A stretch of DNA of 63,763 nt, filler included, from Lama guanicoe (Eukaryota): NCBI GenBank assembly GCA_013239625.1. It is 207 parts of 207 records of this genome, joined end to end, with 100 filler letters (N's around TTAATTAATTAA, not from the genome) between each part and the next. Parts side by side here need not be neighbours in the genome. Positions count along the whole stretch, not along the records: positions 23,409 to 23,616 come from PNXV01035069.1; positions 23,717 to 23,924 come from PNXV01035070.1; positions 24,025 to 24,232 come from PNXV01035071.1; positions 24,333 to 24,540 come from PNXV01035072.1; positions 24,641 to 24,848 come from PNXV01035073.1; positions 24,949 to 25,156 come from PNXV01035074.1; positions 25,257 to 25,464 come from PNXV01035075.1; positions 25,565 to 25,772 come from PNXV01035076.1; 199 more parts are not named here. One strand, given 5' to 3'. A program made the translations under genes and the position numbers. The stretch's first letter is position 1. Each line of letters begins with the position of its first letter. The notes beneath the pieces are model-generated. The model was not told the origin of the DNA. It ran no database searches and was given only the letters and a program-made list of their open reading frames with translations. Below, piece by piece: positions 23,601 to 35,954 of the stretch.

Positions 23601-26600
23601 TTTAATTTCTTTCCAGNNNNNNNNNNNNNNNNNNNNNNNNNNNNNNNNNNNNNNNNNNNNTTAATTAATTAANNNNNNNNNNNNNNNNNNNNNNNNNNNN
23701 NNNNNNNNNNNNNNNNAGTGTGAGGCCAGGAAAAGACCAGCCTCCCCGCTCAAAATGTCAGGCAAGTGGAATTCTCTTGTTCTCAGCCTTTCGATGCGCG
23801 TGTTGTCCCACTTCTGGCCAGTGACAGTTCCCTTCAGGAGGGCTTCAGTGACTTTGACAGGTCCCTGTGAACTTGGATGGTTTCCTTCCTCTCTAGAGCA
23901 ACAAAGGGCTCCAAGCTCATCTTGNNNNNNNNNNNNNNNNNNNNNNNNNNNNNNNNNNNNNNNNNNNNTTAATTAATTAANNNNNNNNNNNNNNNNNNNN
24001 NNNNNNNNNNNNNNNNNNNNNNNNTATCTATTTTGATGATTCTTCAACCATTATGTTTCCAAATCATTGAAGTTGTGCTCCTTCCAGACTCTGTGTTAAG
24101 TAGTTAAATTAATAACCTGTGAAACAAACTCTTTAAATGCTCTGGCGGCACACATTATTTAAAGAAACTGTAAGCAATTACTTGGCAATTTGGTTTAGGT
24201 TTTCCTATGTGCAGTACATCTTCCAGCAGAACNNNNNNNNNNNNNNNNNNNNNNNNNNNNNNNNNNNNNNNNNNNNTTAATTAATTAANNNNNNNNNNNN
24301 NNNNNNNNNNNNNNNNNNNNNNNNNNNNNNNNGGCTGTAAGTTTACAGCCTTGAATCTACAGTATCTCCACCAAATATTTACGACTTTTATAAATATTTA
24401 TTTACTTTTTGTAATTTATTGCAAAACCATTACTACTATTTTATCAAGTTGATCAAATATATGTAATATATGTGTTTACTCGCGTATTTATTTTTGTTAT
24501 TCATTACTTCCTAGTTCCTTGTGCTTCAGTCTGGCATCATNNNNNNNNNNNNNNNNNNNNNNNNNNNNNNNNNNNNNNNNNNNNTTAATTAATTAANNNN
24601 NNNNNNNNNNNNNNNNNNNNNNNNNNNNNNNNNNNNNNNNTCACATCAGCTTTAGGGAAAAAAATTCTCTAGGTTCATATGAGATGATCGTTATGAGAGA
24701 ACTGATACTGTGCTTTCATAAGACCATAGTTTTGGGGTTTAGAAAATCCTCAGAGCATTTATTATGGTGGATATATTTGATGAGCAATTAGCCAGTTCGG
24801 TAAAGTGAAACTCAAGGGCCAGTTCAAGTATATGACTTTCTTAACAATNNNNNNNNNNNNNNNNNNNNNNNNNNNNNNNNNNNNNNNNNNNNTTAATTAA
24901 TTAANNNNNNNNNNNNNNNNNNNNNNNNNNNNNNNNNNNNNNNNNNNNGGAGTCAGTGACTCAGTGACACCAATGTTCATTACATTAGTTTCTAAAAGGG
25001 GGTTTCCACACTATTGTGATCTTTCCTTCATTAACCGATTGCCTTTTTTTTTTAACCAAACCTCAGGTCTGACATTCACTTGGTTTCCTCTTCTGCATGT
25101 TACACTCCTATCAGTATCATTTCCACAACATACTGCATTTATGTGTATCAGCACTGNNNNNNNNNNNNNNNNNNNNNNNNNNNNNNNNNNNNNNNNNNNN
25201 TTAATTAATTAANNNNNNNNNNNNNNNNNNNNNNNNNNNNNNNNNNNNNNNNNNNNGCGTTCTGTCACCAACAATTCTCACATGGGGACGACAAAGAGGA
25301 CGGTCTCATAGGAGCCTCACTTCCTCGCCTTTGTATTTGTGGCTTTCTTTGTCTTTTCTCTCTCTCTCTCTTTTTTTTTTCCTCCTCTATTTAATAACAA
25401 AAAGAAAAAATGGAGCAGCCAAAATACAGACAAGTGCCTTTGAAAATACAAGCTTATTCAACAGNNNNNNNNNNNNNNNNNNNNNNNNNNNNNNNNNNNN
25501 NNNNNNNNTTAATTAATTAANNNNNNNNNNNNNNNNNNNNNNNNNNNNNNNNNNNNNNNNNNNNATGTCCCAAATGACGTAAACACATTACACAGTCCAG
25601 CTGTGTCGTTTCATTAGAAGTCAGTAAACCTCAGATGTAGAAGCCATAGACTGTCAAGGTATTAGTGAAAGAGGTTATTAAGTTTTCTCCTCAGTTATTT
25701 GTATATTTAAATATTTCTGTTTGTTGTTGATTATTACCCTCTCCCTTTTCTTATTTGTTTAGTGTCATGTTTNNNNNNNNNNNNNNNNNNNNNNNNNNNN
25801 NNNNNNNNNNNNNNNNTTAATTAATTAANNNNNNNNNNNNNNNNNNNNNNNNNNNNNNNNNNNNNNNNNNNNGTTGAGAGTGTTTTACTGTGATTTGGTG
25901 AGGATTTGGAGCCAGGCTGCCTGACACCCAGGAATGTGCCCTGTGCACTGGGTGAGTCTGCGGCAGATGCCTGGACGGGTGGACGTCGGGGGACGGCAAT
26001 ACAAGACATCCCATTGGGATGTGAGGAGAAAAGAGAACTGCTATTTATATTTATTTTTATAGAGTACTTTTTAATCTTCTNNNNNNNNNNNNNNNNNNNN
26101 NNNNNNNNNNNNNNNNNNNNNNNNTTAATTAATTAANNNNNNNNNNNNNNNNNNNNNNNNNNNNNNNNNNNNNNNNNNNNTGAAGCCATCCTTATCTTAC
26201 TCCTGTCAGTCAAGCACATCCTTAAAAAACCTCAACTCTTCCTCTTACAAAACTAAGCAATGGTAAGCAACCCCAGAAGGAATGCAAATCTGTGCTTTTA
26301 TTTTGACATCTCTTCCAACATTGATTAGATAACTTCTGTTCTGTTTTATTGTGTTGTACTAGAGTGTGAAAACTTCTAAAGATTACTCNNNNNNNNNNNN
26401 NNNNNNNNNNNNNNNNNNNNNNNNNNNNNNNNTTAATTAATTAANNNNNNNNNNNNNNNNNNNNNNNNNNNNNNNNNNNNNNNNNNNNTCATATTCTGTT
26501 AGCCAAAGCAAGCCTGACACTTGATCAAGCCCAGCATTAGTGGGGCGGGTATGGTGGTTGGCAGAGTGATTATTTGCTGAAAAATAATACAATTGATCAA

Positions 26601-26797
26601 AGCAATTGAAAGACTAACTTGAATGTACAGACACCTGACACATGTTAGATATTTTACTACTGTTTGCTAAGTTAGCTAAAGACAAATAGAAGTAGTNNNN
26701 NNNNNNNNNNNNNNNNNNNNNNNNNNNNNNNNNNNNNNNNTTAATTAATTAANNNNNNNNNNNNNNNNNNNNNNNNNNNNNNNNNNNNNNNNNNNNA

Positions 26798-26954
26798 ACT
26801 GTCGGGGAGCGCCGGCCCCTGCCCAGTCCCGAAGCAATGCTGGGACAGCCTTGGGCTCTGTTGCAAAGTTATACAAATATTTGGCCTCTGTCCAGCCCAC
26901 GATGATTTCTACTTGGTGGTGTATGAGGACTGTAATCAGGCTGTCAAGCCACAG
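26798..26954 (+). pseudogene. ATXN7: ATXN7 processed-pseudogene fragment with internal deletion and frameshift
   Basis: [19 protein letters not shown], then after a frame change [34 protein letters not shown], versus recalled ATXN7 [19 protein letters not shown]...[34 protein letters not shown]. Confidence 0.92.
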
Positions 26955-27454
26955 ACTATGATTGACCTCGTAGAGTCTATCTTCCATTCTCACCGGCCCA
27001 CCTGNNNNNNNNNNNNNNNNNNNNNNNNNNNNNNNNNNNNNNNNNNNNTTAATTAATTAANNNNNNNNNNNNNNNNNNNNNNNNNNNNNNNNNNNNNNNN
27101 NNNNGAACATTCCCAAGTCTGAGGGATGGATTAAATAGATCACAGAGAATATCCTCATTTGGCAAAGTCACCATTTTATTTTGTTGAAGTGTTTAAAAGA
27201 CGTAAGTAGTCTGATGAATCAGAATATTATCAAGCAAATGCTGTAGATGATCTTTTTTTTTTTACTCTTAGCACATAAATGCCACTTCAATGAAAATTCA
27301 AAGTCTAGACAANNNNNNNNNNNNNNNNNNNNNNNNNNNNNNNNNNNNNNNNNNNNTTAATTAATTAANNNNNNNNNNNNNNNNNNNNNNNNNNNNNNNN
27401 NNNNNNNNNNNNAACCACCCAGTAGCTCAAATGTTATTATCAATGCCATCACCC

Positions 27455-27580
27455 CTATTTTATGGATAACAAAACTGAGGTACAGGAAAATTAAGGGTCT
27501 TGCCTAGATTATATACTGAGGAGGTAGTAGAGCTGGGCTTCAAACCCAGGTAATTGGCTCCAAAGCACTGCGCTAATCTG
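27455..27580 (-). mobile_element. MIR SINE fragment
   Basis: CCCTATTTTATGGATAACAAAACTGAGG...CTTGCCTAGAT...AGAGCTGGGCTTCAAACCCAGG. Confidence 0.8.
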
Positions 27581-28028
27581 ATCCTCCAAGCCCCGTCCTC
27601 AGTCCAGGTGGTGGCAGCCTNNNNNNNNNNNNNNNNNNNNNNNNNNNNNNNNNNNNNNNNNNNNTTAATTAATTAANNNNNNNNNNNNNNNNNNNNNNNN
27701 NNNNNNNNNNNNNNNNNNNNTCTTTTGGAGTTGTTAGGAGAATTAAGTACGTAAATAACTGCTATATACAAAGTACTATATATTGTATCATCAAAAAAGT
27801 CTTGTGAGAATTAAATGTGGTATTACCTCCAAAGTTCTTGGCATAGTGTCTGGCATATACGTGATGCTCTGTAAATGACACTCTGTAGCAGACATGGTAG
27901 AAGTATTAGTATTGGCATCTAATAATATNNNNNNNNNNNNNNNNNNNNNNNNNNNNNNNNNNNNNNNNNNNNTTAATTAATTAANNNNNNNNNNNNNNNN
28001 NNNNNNNNNNNNNNNNNNNNNNNNNNNN

Positions 28029-28236
28029 TTTCTGCCCTGGTACCTCAGAGAACTTGTGCCACCAAGACAAACAAGGAACTGAGTTTTGGCATGGAGCAGG
28101 AGTGGGGCTATTCGGCTGTCTTCCCCTAGCCCGCCTATGGAGCGTGGACCTGAGGCGGAGTGGGCAGCTGCACAGAGCAGGGGAGCAACTGGCACCAGGA
28201 GAGGGCGGGCAGCTACTCACCTTCCTGGCAGGAACA
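28029..28236. repeat. Interspersed repeat shared with 45325-45533 (possibly a lineage-specific L1 5'UTR)
   Basis: Both contain CAAGGA.CTGAGTTTTGGCATGG...GCGTGGACCTGAGG.GGAGTGGGCAGCTGCACAGAGCAGG...GGCACCAGGAGAGGG. Family identity is inferred. Confidence 0.7.
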
Positions 28237-28336
28237 NNNNNNNNNNNNNNNNNNNNNNNNNNNNNNNNNNNNNNNNNNNNTTAATTAATTAANNNNNNNN
28301 NNNNNNNNNNNNNNNNNNNNNNNNNNNNNNNNNNNN

Positions 28337-28544
28337 TATTTATTCCCGTAGGTGGCAGCCGATTGAGGGTTCTTATGCAAATGAGTAGTGAGAGGCAAGT
28401 TCTGATTGGCCAGTATGCTGGAAGTGAAAGGGGCGTGTCTGAAAGAGAGAAGGGTGGGGATGACCTTTCCCGCCAGTAGTCCTCAGTCAGGTCCGGGGAG
28501 GCGGAAGTTGTTATGCAGATGAGGCATGCTGAAGGCTGAGTGCT
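28337..28544. promoter_or_regulatory. Promoter-like motif cluster (octamer, CCAAT/Y-box, GC-box, E2F, ETS)
   Basis: ATGCAAAT 28375-28382, CTGATTGG 28402-28409, GGGGCGTG 28430-28437, TTTCCCGC 28466-28473, GGCGGAAGT 28500-28508, ATGCAGAT 28513-28520. Confidence 0.6.
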
Positions 28545-29038
28545 NNNNNNNNNNNNNNNNNNNNNNNNNNNNNNNNNNNNNNNNNNNNTTAATTAATTAA
28601 NNNNNNNNNNNNNNNNNNNNNNNNNNNNNNNNNNNNNNNNNNNNGAGGAAGAAAAGAGGTTGGAGGCTCCTAGCTACATGTGACACAACTCCTGCAGGTT
28701 TATAGGTCTTGTCCCACATACAAGAGAAGACATCCCTGGGAAGTATCGCTGGAAAGGTCCGCATTGTGTGGGTGAGGAGGCAGGCCCTGGGAGGCACCGC
28801 GGTTTCTCCAGGATGAAGAGCAGGTAAGAATGGGGAGCTGAGTCTGCACCCANNNNNNNNNNNNNNNNNNNNNNNNNNNNNNNNNNNNNNNNNNNNTTAA
28901 TTAATTAANNNNNNNNNNNNNNNNNNNNNNNNNNNNNNNNNNNNNNNNNNNNGGAAACAGAGGCTTGTCAATTCCCAGCTGTCCATCAGTCACCAGGACT
29001 GGGCAACAGCCCCTCTTTAGCCGTGCTGCTCCCCTTGA

Positions 29039-29160
<122 letters not shown>

Positions 29161-29877
29161 NNNNNNNNNNNNNNNNNNNNNNNNNNNNNNNNNNNNNNNN
29201 NNNNTTAATTAATTAANNNNNNNNNNNNNNNNNNNNNNNNNNNNNNNNNNNNNNNNNNNNTGTTGGTAAGTGCTCTGCTTCTGTGACCAGACAGTTCATG
29301 CATTTTTGAACGTCTGCCTTGATTCAAGCAGCCAAACGCCAGACCTCTACTGTGATTCATCTGCGAAGGGGAATGACCGCCTTCCTGGAACTGTGAAAGC
29401 CAGCTGGGGGCCTGGACCTTCTCTCTCACGCGTGACCTAGATCTCTCAGCTCCCCTCACCTCTGGGGTNNNNNNNNNNNNNNNNNNNNNNNNNNNNNNNN
29501 NNNNNNNNNNNNTTAATTAATTAANNNNNNNNNNNNNNNNNNNNNNNNNNNNNNNNNNNNNNNNNNNNTTAAAATGTACAACACAAAGAGCAAAACGTAG
29601 TATAAACTATGGACTTTGGTTAATAATGTATCAGTATTGGCTTGTCAGTTGCAACAAATATACTACACTAAGGTAAGAAGTTAGCAAGAGAGGAAACTGG
29701 AGAGGGGGTGATATGGGAACTCTGAAATTTCTGCTTATTTTCCTGTAAAATTTCTAAATTTCTAAAACTGTTTCAAANNNNNNNNNNNNNNNNNNNNNNN
29801 NNNNNNNNNNNNNNNNNNNNNTTAATTAATTAANNNNNNNNNNNNNNNNNNNNNNNNNNNNNNNNNNNNNNNNNNNN

Positions 29878-30086
29878 CCTAATTTCAATAATAAATGGAA
29901 CATCCAAACAGAAAATTAATAAGGAAACAGAAGACTTGAACAACACTGTAGACAAGACAGACCTAACAGCATTCCATTTAACAGCAGGGGAATACACATC
30001 CTTCTCAGTCGCGCTCAGAATAATTCTCCAGGAGAGATCACATGTTAAATCACAAAGCACATTTAAGAAGATTGCAATCATACTTA
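29878..30086 (+). mobile_element. L1 ORF2 endonuclease-domain fragment
   Basis: QKINKETEDLNNTVDKTDLT...FHLTAGEYTSFS. Confidence 0.9.
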
Positions 30087-30186
30087 NNNNNNNNNNNNNN
30101 NNNNNNNNNNNNNNNNNNNNNNNNNNNNNNTTAATTAATTAANNNNNNNNNNNNNNNNNNNNNNNNNNNNNNNNNNNNNNNNNNNN

Positions 30187-30395
30187 GATTAGTCAGGGTT
30201 TTCCAGAGAAACAGAACCAAGAGGAGATAGATGTATATTTCTTATTGGAAATTGACTCTCATGGTTACGTGAGAAGTCCCACAGTCTGCCGTCGGCAAGC
30301 TGGAGACCCTGGAGAGACAGTGGTGTGATTTCGTCTGAGTCCGAAGGCCTGAGAACCAGGGGAGCCTAAGATGTAAATCCCAGTTCAAGAGGAGG
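30187..30395. mobile_element. ERVL LTR (MLT2B-like) fragment
   Basis: ATTAGTCAGGGTTTTCCAGAGAAACAGAACCAA...GCAAGCTGGAGACCC...AGTCCGAAGGCCTGAGAACCAGG. Confidence 0.88.
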
Positions 30396-31113
30396 NNNNN
30401 NNNNNNNNNNNNNNNNNNNNNNNNNNNNNNNNNNNNNNNTTAATTAATTAANNNNNNNNNNNNNNNNNNNNNNNNNNNNNNNNNNNNNNNNNNNNAGAAG
30501 TTTCCATTCACTGCTTCTGTGAATGCAAAATGATACAACCATTTTGGAAGACAGTTTGGTGGTTTCTTATAAAACTAAACCTACCCTTACCATTTGAGCC
30601 AGCGATCACATTCCTTGATACTTTCTCAAAATTGTTGAAAACCTGTCCAGTCCAAACAGACAGAATGTGCAACATAAGGATGAAAATCGACAGTGAACTC
30701 TGAGNNNNNNNNNNNNNNNNNNNNNNNNNNNNNNNNNNNNNNNNNNNNTTAATTAATTAANNNNNNNNNNNNNNNNNNNNNNNNNNNNNNNNNNNNNNNN
30801 NNNNCATCTTTGCATGGACATCTGGTTTTATTGCCTTTTGTAAATATCTGGGAGTGAAATGGCTAAGTCATATGGACACAGTATTATGAACTTAATAAAA
30901 AACTGACTGTTTTTTTTCAGTTATATCATTTTGCATTCCCACCAGTGGTTTCTGAGACTGTCCATTGCTCCACATCCTAGCCAACATTTGATATTATTAA
31001 TCTTTTTAATTTTNNNNNNNNNNNNNNNNNNNNNNNNNNNNNNNNNNNNNNNNNNNNTTAATTAATTAANNNNNNNNNNNNNNNNNNNNNNNNNNNNNNN
31101 NNNNNNNNNNNNN

Positions 31114-31321
31114 TAGTAGTTGTACCTCTTAGTTCCCTACCTCTGAATTTCCCCTCCCCCTTCTCTCTACCCACCGGTAACCACCAGTTTGTTCTCTTTA
31201 TCTATGAGTCAGTTTCTATTTTGTTATATTCATGCTTGTTTTATTTTTTTAGATTCCACATATAAGTGATAGCATACAATATTTGTCTTTCTCTGTTTGA
31301 TTTATTTCACTAAGTATAATA
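31114..31321 (-). mobile_element. L1 3' end fragment
   Basis: GGTAACCACCAGTTTGTTCTCT..ATCTATGAGTC...TAGATTCCACATATAAGTGAT. Confidence 0.9.
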
Positions 31322-32347
31322 NNNNNNNNNNNNNNNNNNNNNNNNNNNNNNNNNNNNNNNNNNNNTTAATTAATTAANNNNNNNNNNNNNNNNNNNNNNN
31401 NNNNNNNNNNNNNNNNNNNNNAAGAATATTTTGCCATTTGTGGCCCTTCAATCACTTTTTTTTTCCACTACAAAAACCAGAATTTTATAACTGGCAGAGA
31501 CTTTTCCATTACATCAAAAACAACAAAATACCTAGAAACAGACCCAACCAAGGAGGTTACCTATACTCTGAAAACCAAATTGACACAAAGAAATGGAAAG
31601 ATTTCTTGTGCTCTTGGATTGGAAGAATCNNNNNNNNNNNNNNNNNNNNNNNNNNNNNNNNNNNNNNNNNNNNTTAATTAATTAANNNNNNNNNNNNNNN
31701 NNNNNNNNNNNNNNNNNNNNNNNNNNNNNCGCTTAGCACAGTGCTTGCACGGAGTCAGTGCCAGGCAGCTGCTGCTTATTACCGTCTGTGTTGTAGTGGT
31801 GGTTATTTTATATTGTTAGTGTTACCGGGATGGACATGTAAGGCGAGATAGGGCATTGTCATCTGACTTTAAAAATAGCTACTTCCATCTGTTGAATCTT
31901 GCTTTATACAAGGCACTGTACTTGACACTTTATGGTTANNNNNNNNNNNNNNNNNNNNNNNNNNNNNNNNNNNNNNNNNNNNTTAATTAATTAANNNNNN
32001 NNNNNNNNNNNNNNNNNNNNNNNNNNNNNNNNNNNNNNCATCTTCAAAGGGTATTGGGGTACCCTGTTTGGGGAGGTAGATGTATGCTCCTGAGGGTAAG
32101 GCTTATCTTCTGTCAACAGTGCCTCCTTGTTAAAACGAAAGCCTTGAGGGAGGTCAGAATATGCCCGCTGGGTAGAAATGTCCCAAGTCACGATGAGCAA
32201 GTGATTTAGAGAGAGAGATCTTGGTATATATGGATGGTTTTAATGAGNNNNNNNNNNNNNNNNNNNNNNNNNNNNNNNNNNNNNNNNNNNNTTAATTAAT
32301 TAANNNNNNNNNNNNNNNNNNNNNNNNNNNNNNNNNNNNNNNNNNNN

Positions 32348-32556
32348 CCATGAGCACAGCATCTCTTTCCACTGGTTTGGGTCCTTTTCAGCTGCTTTCA
32401 TCAGTGTGTTATTGTTTTCCAAGAACATGATTTTTTTACCTCCTTCGTTAGATTCATTCCCAGGTACATTTTTCTCGGCATGTGACTGCAAATAGGATTG
32501 TTTCCTCCATGTCTCTTTCTGATACTTTATCATTCGTGTATAGAAGTGCAACGGGT
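32348..32556 (-). mobile_element. L1 ORF2 fragment
   Basis: Minus-strand peptides LENNNTLMKA.EKD.NQWKEMLCSW resemble L1 ORF2p. Confidence 0.8.
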
Positions 32557-34201
32557 NNNNNNNNNNNNNNNNNNNNNNNNNNNNNNNNNNNNNNNNNNNN
32601 TTAATTAATTAANNNNNNNNNNNNNNNNNNNNNNNNNNNNNNNNNNNNNNNNNNNNTATAAAAACATGTATGTGTAAGGAAACAAAACCTTGAGAATGAG
32701 GTAAATACAAGTGCAGTTTATAACACTCATCACTGTTTGATGTACTAATGGCCTCTATACAATCTGCAGCAGTTAAAGATGCAAACCATTTCATTTAGAA
32801 TGTTTAAAATCAAGGAATTTACTGATCGGCCACAGATAAACAAATATACCTTTTCCTTTATGTACNNNNNNNNNNNNNNNNNNNNNNNNNNNNNNNNNNN
32901 NNNNNNNNNTTAATTAATTAANNNNNNNNNNNNNNNNNNNNNNNNNNNNNNNNNNNNNNNNNNNNACTGTCCTCCTTTCTTCATAGATAAACAGAGAAAA
33001 TTAGAAATATCTATTTAATTACTTGGTAAATAGTCCACAAACTAGCCTGATCGACTGGACTGTGTTACACAGGAGAAATCATTTAGTAACTGGCAAATTA
33101 AAGATTTATGAATATTCTTAAAACTTGGATCTGTAGATTGCTTTGGGTAGTACAGTCATTTTGATAATGTTGATNNNNNNNNNNNNNNNNNNNNNNNNNN
33201 NNNNNNNNNNNNNNNNNNTTAATTAATTAANNNNNNNNNNNNNNNNNNNNNNNNNNNNNNNNNNNNNNNNNNNNATTATAAAAGTGCTAACTCTGGGGAC
33301 AATTTAGGAAAAACTGCTAAACATTGAAGTTGGTGGAATTTATTTTCCAGAACTCAAACTGAGTTAGTGATATATTATCTCATGGAGCAATATGAACATG
33401 CATACAGATGAGTAGATCTATGCAATGATTTTGAAATGTCCAAAGTCAGCTCTGCTCAAGCCCTAATTGCTTGCTCCTCTGATNNNNNNNNNNNNNNNNN
33501 NNNNNNNNNNNNNNNNNNNNNNNNNNNTTAATTAATTAANNNNNNNNNNNNNNNNNNNNNNNNNNNNNNNNNNNNNNNNNNNNATTCTTTCTGAAAAACC
33601 ACCAGCTCGGGAGCTGGCTGAGCTATGCCTACAGAGAAAAGAAAGCCTGGTCGTTGCCAAGCCGACAGTTTCCCATTTCACTTGACAAAAGCAGTGAAAG
33701 AGATTTCAAATCGTTCTTCCTATTCTTTGTACGCACATGATGGTAACTTAATTCTATCAAATGGACTAAGAGCAATTCTGACTCACACGTTTNNNNNNNN
33801 NNNNNNNNNNNNNNNNNNNNNNNNNNNNNNNNNNNNTTAATTAATTAANNNNNNNNNNNNNNNNNNNNNNNNNNNNNNNNNNNNNNNNNNNNCCCCCCAC
33901 ACATACATGTAGTTTTAAAGTGCTTATGGTTCCTGATAAAACATATTCTAGTTCTTGTAGAATCTGTGGATCCCTGGTATGAATTTGTAAATTATCAGTT
34001 TATGGCTCCTACTCTTATGGGATAATGCTTTGCATATGCACATAAAGAGCAAAAGTCAATCCACAGAAGTTACTTGAGGATTATCTGAAAGTTTTTAAAT
34101 GNNNNNNNNNNNNNNNNNNNNNNNNNNNNNNNNNNNNNNNNNNNNTTAATTAATTAANNNNNNNNNNNNNNNNNNNNNNNNNNNNNNNNNNNNNNNNNNN
34201 N

Positions 34202-34409
34202 AAACAGAAACAGACTCATAGACATAGAAAACAAACTTATGGTTACTAGGCATGGGGAAAAGGGTGGGAAGGGATAAATTGGGAATTTGAGATTTGCAGA
34301 TACTAACCGCTATATATAAAACAGGTAAACAACAAGTTATACTGTAGAGCACAGAGAGCTATATTCAGTATCTTGTAGTAACCTATAATGGAAAAGAATA
34401 TGAAAACAA
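34202..34409 (+). mobile_element. L1 3'UTR, artiodactyl type
   Basis: AAACAGAAACAGACTCATAGACATAGAAAACAAACTTATGGTTAC...GGGATAAATTGGGAATTTGAGATTTGCAGATAC. Confidence 0.9.
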
Positions 34410-34509
34410 NNNNNNNNNNNNNNNNNNNNNNNNNNNNNNNNNNNNNNNNNNNNTTAATTAATTAANNNNNNNNNNNNNNNNNNNNNNNNNNNNNNNNNNN
34501 NNNNNNNNN

Positions 34510-34718
34510 GCATTTAAGAATCATAATGGCCACTATCCATTATCAGACACTCCACTGGTGACAGAACTGAGGCAGATCTTCGGGTCTCTACACATTCAAT
34601 TCAGGAGTCTTTCCAATTCAAAAGCAACCCGTTCCTCTGACACCAACTCACTCAGCAAAATAAAATGTCTGAGGAATACGTTAAAAAATGATAGCATTTT
34701 GCTGTTCCTTCAGATTTT
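34510..34718 (+). repeat. Bubble contig A1, near-identical to 35128-35336
   Basis: Five substitutions over 209 bp; the first and last 49 nt are identical. Confidence 0.95.
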
Positions 34719-35127
34719 NNNNNNNNNNNNNNNNNNNNNNNNNNNNNNNNNNNNNNNNNNNNTTAATTAATTAANNNNNNNNNNNNNNNNNNNNNNNNNN
34801 NNNNNNNNNNNNNNNNNNCATTTTCTGAGGATTTCTCTTAGATTGAAGTACTCTCTTTATGTTTCTTCCATAGTATATTAAACATACTTTTATGACATTA
34901 TCTCTATAGTGTATTCAAATTGAATCTTAACTGTTTTGTCAATATGGTGTGAACTCCTTTGAGCTTGGGTTGTGTCTTTCATATTTCTGCATGCCCAGAG
35001 CCTGGCGGAGGATGTCATCTTGTCTAANNNNNNNNNNNNNNNNNNNNNNNNNNNNNNNNNNNNNNNNNNNNTTAATTAATTAANNNNNNNNNNNNNNNNN
35101 NNNNNNNNNNNNNNNNNNNNNNNNNNN

Positions 35128-35336
35128 GCATTTAAGAATCATAATGGCCACTATCCATTATCAGACACTCCACTGGCGACAGAACTGAGGCAGATCTTCA
35201 GGTCTCTACACATTCAATTCAGGAGTCTTTCCAATTCAAAAGCAATCCGTTCCTCCGACACCAACTCACTCAGCAAAATAAAATGTTTGAGGAATACGTT
35301 AAAAAATGATAGCATTTTGCTGTTCCTTCAGATTTT
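35128..35336 (+). repeat. Bubble contig A2, near-identical to 34510-34718
   Basis: Same boundaries, five substitutions. Confidence 0.95.
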
Positions 35337-35745
35337 NNNNNNNNNNNNNNNNNNNNNNNNNNNNNNNNNNNNNNNNNNNNTTAATTAATTAANNNNNNNN
35401 NNNNNNNNNNNNNNNNNNNNNNNNNNNNNNNNNNNNAGTAAGAATAGAGAGAGAATAAAGAGCTGATGATACAAAAAAATAGTGAGAAGTAGGGATACAG
35501 TAAATATTTTAAGTTTAATTCACTATGTCTTTTAACTCTGGGCTAAAAATGATCTGAAAAACTGGAAGAGAAGCTACACCCACCCCAGCATCCCTCAAGG
35601 TCTACCAAACTGAATGTTCATAGACACCAAAGAACTAGAGCTATTNNNNNNNNNNNNNNNNNNNNNNNNNNNNNNNNNNNNNNNNNNNNTTAATTAATTA
35701 ANNNNNNNNNNNNNNNNNNNNNNNNNNNNNNNNNNNNNNNNNNNN

Positions 35746-35954
35746 GTGTTTCTACTGCAACCCATTCCCTTTATGCTAGATGAATGAACGTATCACAAAA
35801 TGCTCTATACTGAGACTTAAGTGTGTATGAAAGACATCAATCACCTAGTTGTTTGGGAAAACACAGTCTCTTTTAAGTTGGGAATAACACTACATAAATA
35901 TATAAAGCGAGATACTAGCACCAACCTGGTTTTACAGTAAAAACTGCATGAAAT
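35746..35954 (+). repeat. ~248-bp tandem satellite monomer fragment (copy 2 of 5)
   Basis: CTGCAACCCATTCCCTTTATGCTAGATGAATGAACG...TTTTACAGTAAAAACTGCATGAA. Confidence 0.85.

Noticed and set aside
26745..26993. Minus-strand 82-aa [13 protein letters not shown]...
   Set aside because: Antisense shadow of the ATXN7 pseudogene fragment.
33584..33645. Minus-strand splice acceptor followed by an open frame (IAQPAPELVVFQKE)
   Set aside because: No donor within the contig and no recognisable protein.
34510..35336. Local tandem duplication with ~618-bp spacing
   Set aside because: These are separate contigs of equal length placed near each other by sorting; bubble arms, not physical neighbours.
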